64,000 nucleotides of DNA from Saprolegnia diclina VS20. Taxonomy: Eukaryota. The stretch is taken from NCBI RefSeq assembly GCF_000281045.1, contig NW_008246122.1, forward strand, positions 243,301 to 307,300, written 5' to 3'. Positions 59,434-64,000 of the stretch are shown piece after piece. Each line of letters opens with the position of its first letter. The stretch's first letter is position 1. The translations under genes were made by a program, and so were the position numbers. The notes beneath the pieces are model-generated. The model had not been told where the DNA came from. It ran no database searches and saw only the letters and a program-made list of their open reading frames with translations.

Positions 59434-61554
59434 CTAGAGCATCGGGTGCCAGGTGCGCGTTGCGATCGGCTCGTAGCTGGCAAAGGCCGCTTGCTCGTCG
59501 CCCGGAACCTTGTTGGCAGTGCAGTACGTCTGGTAGTCGCGCCACAAGGTCGCTGTCGCTTGATCCGTCACACTGGCGACCAGCGCTTGCTCGAGAAGGT
59601 ACCGGCGTGGTGGCACATAGCACTTGAAGCTGCAGGTGGCGTGGTCGCAGAACGTCGTCGACTTGCCTTGACGAAGGCAGTTGGCGCAAAAATGGTAGGC
59701 AAAGGCGGGACAAGTGGAACACTCGAACCAAAGCCCTTGCATCGGCTGGCTGCAGCCAAAGCAGGTTTCGTCGAGCCACACTTCCGTCTCGAGCTCGTTC
59801 TTGGCGAAGAAGGCGACGATCTTGGCCCACGCCTCGTCACTTGCGGGGTTGTGCGCCGCAAAGGTCGGGTCGAGGAGGAACCGGTAGAACGCCGACGCCC
59901 CTTGGCTCGTGTCGGCGTCGCCCGGTGGCAAATGCGTGAGACACCACGCCAAGGTGTCGAGCATGTACTGCTTCCCGAGGTCGTAGTCGCCCTTGGACCA
60001 GTAGAGCTGCGCAAGCAGAAAGAGCAAGTGGATGTACTGCCCTGGCGCTGGTGGACTCTTTTGGAACCGGTCCCAGATGGGGAGCCAGAGCGCCTCGGCC
60101 GCTGCGTAGTCGCCAAGGAAGCGGTATGTCAAACCGAGGTTGAATGATGCAACCATCGTGCTGTTGTGCAATGGGCCATACATGCGCTCCTGCACATCGC
60201 TCGTCTCCTCAAACAGCGTCTTGGCCTCGACGAGCTGGCCGCGCTTGAAGCAGATCATTGCGAGGTAGTCGCGCGTGTACACCGTGCTCGGGTGGTCCGA
60301 TCCGAGCAGCGAGAGCTGGGCTTCCAAGCACTTGCGGAACCAATCTATTGCTTGGTCGTAGTCGAAGAGCTTGTAGCTGGACAAGCCGAGGGTCGACATG
60401 GTCGCTATCGTCGACTTGTGAACAGCTCCGAGGTCCGTCAGCGCCATGGCGTACGTCTCTAAGGAGAGAGCACGGGCCTCAACAAAGTACTTGACCCCGT
60501 TCAGTGCGTGGGCGTACGCGTTGCGGACGTGACACAAGGTCATGGCATCGAGACCGTCGATGGCCAAGAGGTCGTTGAAGATCGTGCGCCACGTGGTCTC
60601 TGGCTCGCCGACTTGATGGGACGACCGACCCAGGTACGTCATGACGCGGACAAGGTGAATATTGTCGGTCACTTGGATGTCAAGCGACGCAAAGAGGGTG
60701 CGGGCACGACTTGCAGCTATAAAGACATCCGCACTGGAGCTTCGTGTCCCGTGAATGGTGGCCAGACACAGATACCGGTAGGCTTCGTCTAGTGGCAAGA
60801 GACCCGATGCGATCTGCGCCGTCAGCGTCCGCTCCATCCAGTCCGAAATAGTCGAAAAGATGAGCCGATCGACGGCCGTGAACGACGTCTCGGCGCGAAT
60901 GAGCTCAAAGATGCCGTCGCGATCACTTGGCACGGTGGTCTCGGACGCCTCGCTCTTGATCGTCCCCAACATATCCTCAAGAGCAGCGGGACGAAGCATA
61001 TCGTGAACGAGGAGCCCCAGTTGACCGGGTGCCATGGCCATCTCGAACCGCGCCTTCATGGTCACAGCGACGTAGACCTCAAAGACGCACCAGCTCCGAC
61101 GCAAGACGACCGGGTCGTTCCACGGGTGCATGATCATGACGACGTTGCCGATGGCTGCGAGCTGCGTCTTGAACGTCGACGACCAGTACTCGAACGGGTA
61201 CGAATGCGCGAGGTGTTGGTTGTTGTTGAAGACGCAAAACCAAAGGACGGCGTCGTCTGCCAAGCCTTGGTCGGTGAAGAAGGTGTCGAGGCTGTCGACG
61301 GTCTCCAAGAAGAGGTACTGCCAGGCGTGCGAGACATACCAGTTGGCCTCGGACACAAAGTGGCGCATGGACGCATCACTGGCAAGATGGTCGACGAGCG
61401 AGAGCTCGGTCGACTTGGTCAATGGCACAATATAGTCGAAGCAGACTTGGGCCGTGGTGAGACCGTTGAGCTTCTTGCGACCGCCGCAGGCCTCGATGAG
61501 GTGGTGGAAGTAGCGCAGCGAGACGCCGAGCGGGCGCGACGGCGAGGTCACCAT
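59434..61554 (-). CDS. HET/TIR-like domain - TPR array - ZZ-type Zn finger protein (intact)
   Basis: 706-aa ORF with the same architecture as 40962-43067. Confidence 0.8.
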   Translation of the reverse strand: MVTSPSRPLGVSLRYFHHLIEACGGRKKLNGLTTAQVCFDYIVPLTKSTELSLVDHLASDASMRHFVSEANWYVSHAWQYLFLETVDSLDTFFTDQGLADDAVLWFCVFNNNQHLAHSYPFEYWSSTFKTQLAAIGNVVMIMHPWNDPVVLRRSWCVFEVYVAVTMKARFEMAMAPGQLGLLVHDMLRPAALEDMLGTIKSEASETTVPSDRDGIFELIRAETSFTAVDRLIFSTISDWMERTLTAQIASGLLPLDEAYRYLCLATIHGTRSSSADVFIAASRARTLFASLDIQVTDNIHLVRVMTYLGRSSHQVGEPETTWRTIFNDLLAIDGLDAMTLCHVRNAYAHALNGVKYFVEARALSLETYAMALTDLGAVHKSTIATMSTLGLSSYKLFDYDQAIDWFRKCLEAQLSLLGSDHPSTVYTRDYLAMICFKRGQLVEAKTLFEETSDVQERMYGPLHNSTMVASFNLGLTYRFLGDYAAAEALWLPIWDRFQKSPPAPGQYIHLLFLLAQLYWSKGDYDLGKQYMLDTLAWCLTHLPPGDADTSQGASAFYRFLLDPTFAAHNPASDEAWAKIVAFFAKNELETEVWLDETCFGCSQPMQGLWFECSTCPAFAYHFCANCLRQGKSTTFCDHATCSFKCYVPPRRYLLEQALVASVTDQATATLWRDYQTYCTANKVPGDEQAAFASYEPIATRTWHPML

Positions 61555-61867
61555 GCTGTGGTAGCACCAGCAAAACCTGAAATGGCACTCAGTTGGCAGC
61601 TCGAGCGAGCTTTGACTCTCGTATCATTGAAGAAAGGCTCGAGAGTCCAGCTGTGCCCAGCAGCCGACCCACTGTGGTGTGCGAGCATATCATAGTTGCG
61701 TGTTTCAACGTGATAGAGATACTAGTGGACTGGAAGAACGCAATATGAGTTTGCATATGGCACATGCCAAAGTAAAAAAAACAGTGCTGCCGAATGCAAC
61801 CACCTCGTGCCACATATACGTGCCACAAATACACAAATAGTCGCCGCTTCCAAAACCAGGGGTCACG

Positions 61868-63669
61868 ATGGCTGGCGACGTCGTCTGCGCGGCCGAGGTC
61901 CGGTACCGAGAGCAACACAACGATAAGAGCCGCAACTCAGAAGGCACATGCGAGCTCGTGCTCACGCACTTGGGGCTGTCCCTGCGCTCGGGCGCCAAGC
62001 AGCTGCGTGCGATCCTGCTCCAGGACATCCAGGACCTCCAGGTCAACGCGGCGTCGGCGGCGCGGGTCCGGTACATGATGCGACTGCGACTGCGCCAGTC
62101 GCCGCCCATCACGTATGTCTTTGAATTCAGCGGCGACGACGATCTGCAGCTCTTCAAGACGCAGCTCGGCCAGCGCCTCGTGCAGTCGTCGGCGACGCCG
62201 GCGTCCAAGCAAGAAGGTGCATCTCGCTTGTCGCCTTCGTATATTCAAACCTATCTTCTAGTCATGTCGGAGACAGAGCGCAAGCAGCGCGCAGCGCTCT
62301 TGGCCGCGCACCCCAACACGCTCAAGCGGCAGCACACGGACATGGTCACGGGCGGCCTCATCTCGGAGAGCGATTTTTGGAACTTGACGTGCCGGAAGCA
62401 GCTGCTCATGACCGAGGCCGAGAAGCGGCAGAAGACGGGCAAGACGTCCGAGATCCTCACGGACGTTCAAGGCCAGAACCAAAGCGGCGAGCAAGCCGTC
62501 AAGTACAATTTGAACCCGGAGATCATCCACCAGATCTTTGTGCAATACCCCGTCGTGTACATGGCGTACCAAGAGCAGGTGCCCGACAAGATGGACGGCG
62601 TCGAGTTCTGGACCATGTTTGTCAAGAGCAAGTACGCGCACCGCGACCGGCTCAAGCACCAGCAGAGCGGCGTCGAGGACCTCTTTACCATTTACGAGGA
62701 GAAATGGCAGAAGACGCAGACGACGCCGGCCGTCCAAGGGCTCGTGGACCCACTCGTGGACCTGACGGCGACCGCCCAAGACAATATTGTCAAGGCTAAT
62801 ATTGCGCCGCCCGATATTACGGACACGAACATTGCCAAGTTCAACCGCCACGCTGCCGACGTCCTCAACGCCTCCGCGGCCATCCAGCCCAAGAAGAAGA
62901 AGCCATTGGCTGCGAAGAAGGCTGACCTCGCCGAAGCCATTGTGATCGACGACCTCCAGGCGCCAGCTCCCGCGCCGTACATTCCGCTGAGCCTCGACAA
63001 CACGGCGCGATATTTTGAGCATGATGTCCGTACCAACTCGAAATGTTTCCCAAGTCTGAGGCGTCGATAGGAGCACTCGCTCGTGCACCGGTCGTTCATG
63101 CAGCAACTCGAGCCGGCCCAGCGCGCGTTCGAGCGCATGCTGAGCGCGCAGCCCAACTTGACGGCCGCGTTTCCCAAAGGTACCTTGTGCTTTGGACAAT
63201 TAATTTTTGGAAATTTTTGAAATATGACAATACGTAGGCTCGGTCGCAAACATTACGGCCGAGATCCTTGCCGAGAGCACGCAGAGTGCATCGAGCGAGG
63301 CCGTGACCAACCCGCGCTCCGAGCAGCACGCGCGGTTCATCCCAAAGTGCGTTTTTATTTTTTCGATTTTTGCAAGGGGTAGGGTTGAAGGGTTTCCTTT
63401 GATGTAGCGACTTCAAGACGTTGTTGACCAACCTCTTCCACGACGTGAACGAGCTCCTGCGTCACTACCTCAGCTTCAAGGAGAAGGTCGCCTCGGACGG
63501 GTCGCCCGAAGCGCGGCTCAAGCTCGAGCGCATCAAAGCGAAAATGGGCGAAAAGTGGGAGCATGTGGACCGCATGCGGCTCAAGCTCCCGCCCGCCGAA
63601 CGCACGTCGCTCGGCCCGCTCTTGCTGCCGCTCAGCGACCAGCTCAACATTCCGTTCTTGGACGATTAA
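61868..63669 (+). CDS. GTF2H1: TFIIH subunit p62/Tfb1; multi-exon
   Basis: N-terminal PH-like region; BSD domains (LISESDFW; KYNLNPEIIHQIFVQYP...VPDKM...FWTMF..SKY); C-terminal ELLRHY. Confidence 0.85.
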
Positions 63670-64000
63670 CGTTTTTCGATCAAAAGCAGCACGTTCAAAT
63701 GACACATTGATTCGTTTCATTGGGATAGGTGACACACCTAAGGACATTATTGTGCACGTTACGGGACTAGCGTCGAGCAACTCGCAATTCGCTCGCATTT
63801 GCAGTTCAAATATTGAAATATGGGGGACCGTTGCAGGCTATTATCAACCCGCGGCTATAACGGTCTCGCAACTTGACACTATGGCAGGGTACGACGCAGG
63901 AGCTGCCCTCTGTCTCTTCATGCGAAGGCTGCTTTAGCCGCGGCAATATGTATGGGCAGAACCAGCGCAAGTACGCTCTCGACTTCAGTGGACGACGCTC

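Noticed and set aside
1..64000. The many long antisense and alternate-frame ORFs in the track; also CRISPR, tRNA and rRNA
   Set aside because: Shadow ORFs are expected opposite GC3-rich genes. No repeat-spacer array, cloverleaf or rRNA sequence was recognised by eye.

Overview
Gene-dense eukaryotic DNA: GC-rich coding sequence, many short (~45-55 nt) GT-AG introns and four N gaps. Gene content (flagellar IFT46 and EFHC/Rib72, expanded TKL receptor kinases, F-box-like LRR proteins) and GCTCATT-type initiator motifs point to an oomycete, probably Saprolegniales (inference, no database search run). Recognisable genes: two convergent LRR receptor-like TKL kinases, IFT46-like, a Mid1/FAM155-like secreted Cys-rich protein, LicD-family transferase, GCFC/PAXBP1, an ER prolyl 4-hydroxylase, a nucleoplasmin-like protein, site-1 protease, CTDSPL2-like phosphatase, two cytochrome b5, EFHC1/Rib72, two divergent 14-3-3, an HSF-type factor and TFIIH p62. 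The main candidate for an undescribed system is a locally expanded family (3 apparently intact genes plus at least 6 broken or partial copies) built as HET/TIR-like domain (VSHAW...WxCxFxNNQH...RxWCxFE) - TPR array - ZZ-type zinc finger. It has no NTPase, a nearly invariant N-terminal domain and a hypervariable first part of the TPR array, which is what an innate-immune receptor family would look like. Other notable items: a P4H fused to DCX-like and VHL-like domains with KDEL; a probable intronic H/ACA snoRNA resembling snR30/U17; a structured SINE-like retroposon with an 11-bp target-site duplication; and a FAR1-like zinc-finger/Ulp1 fusion whose catalytic Cys is Gly. Exon boundaries were read by eye and are approximate. 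Some duplications lie beside gaps and may be assembly artefacts.
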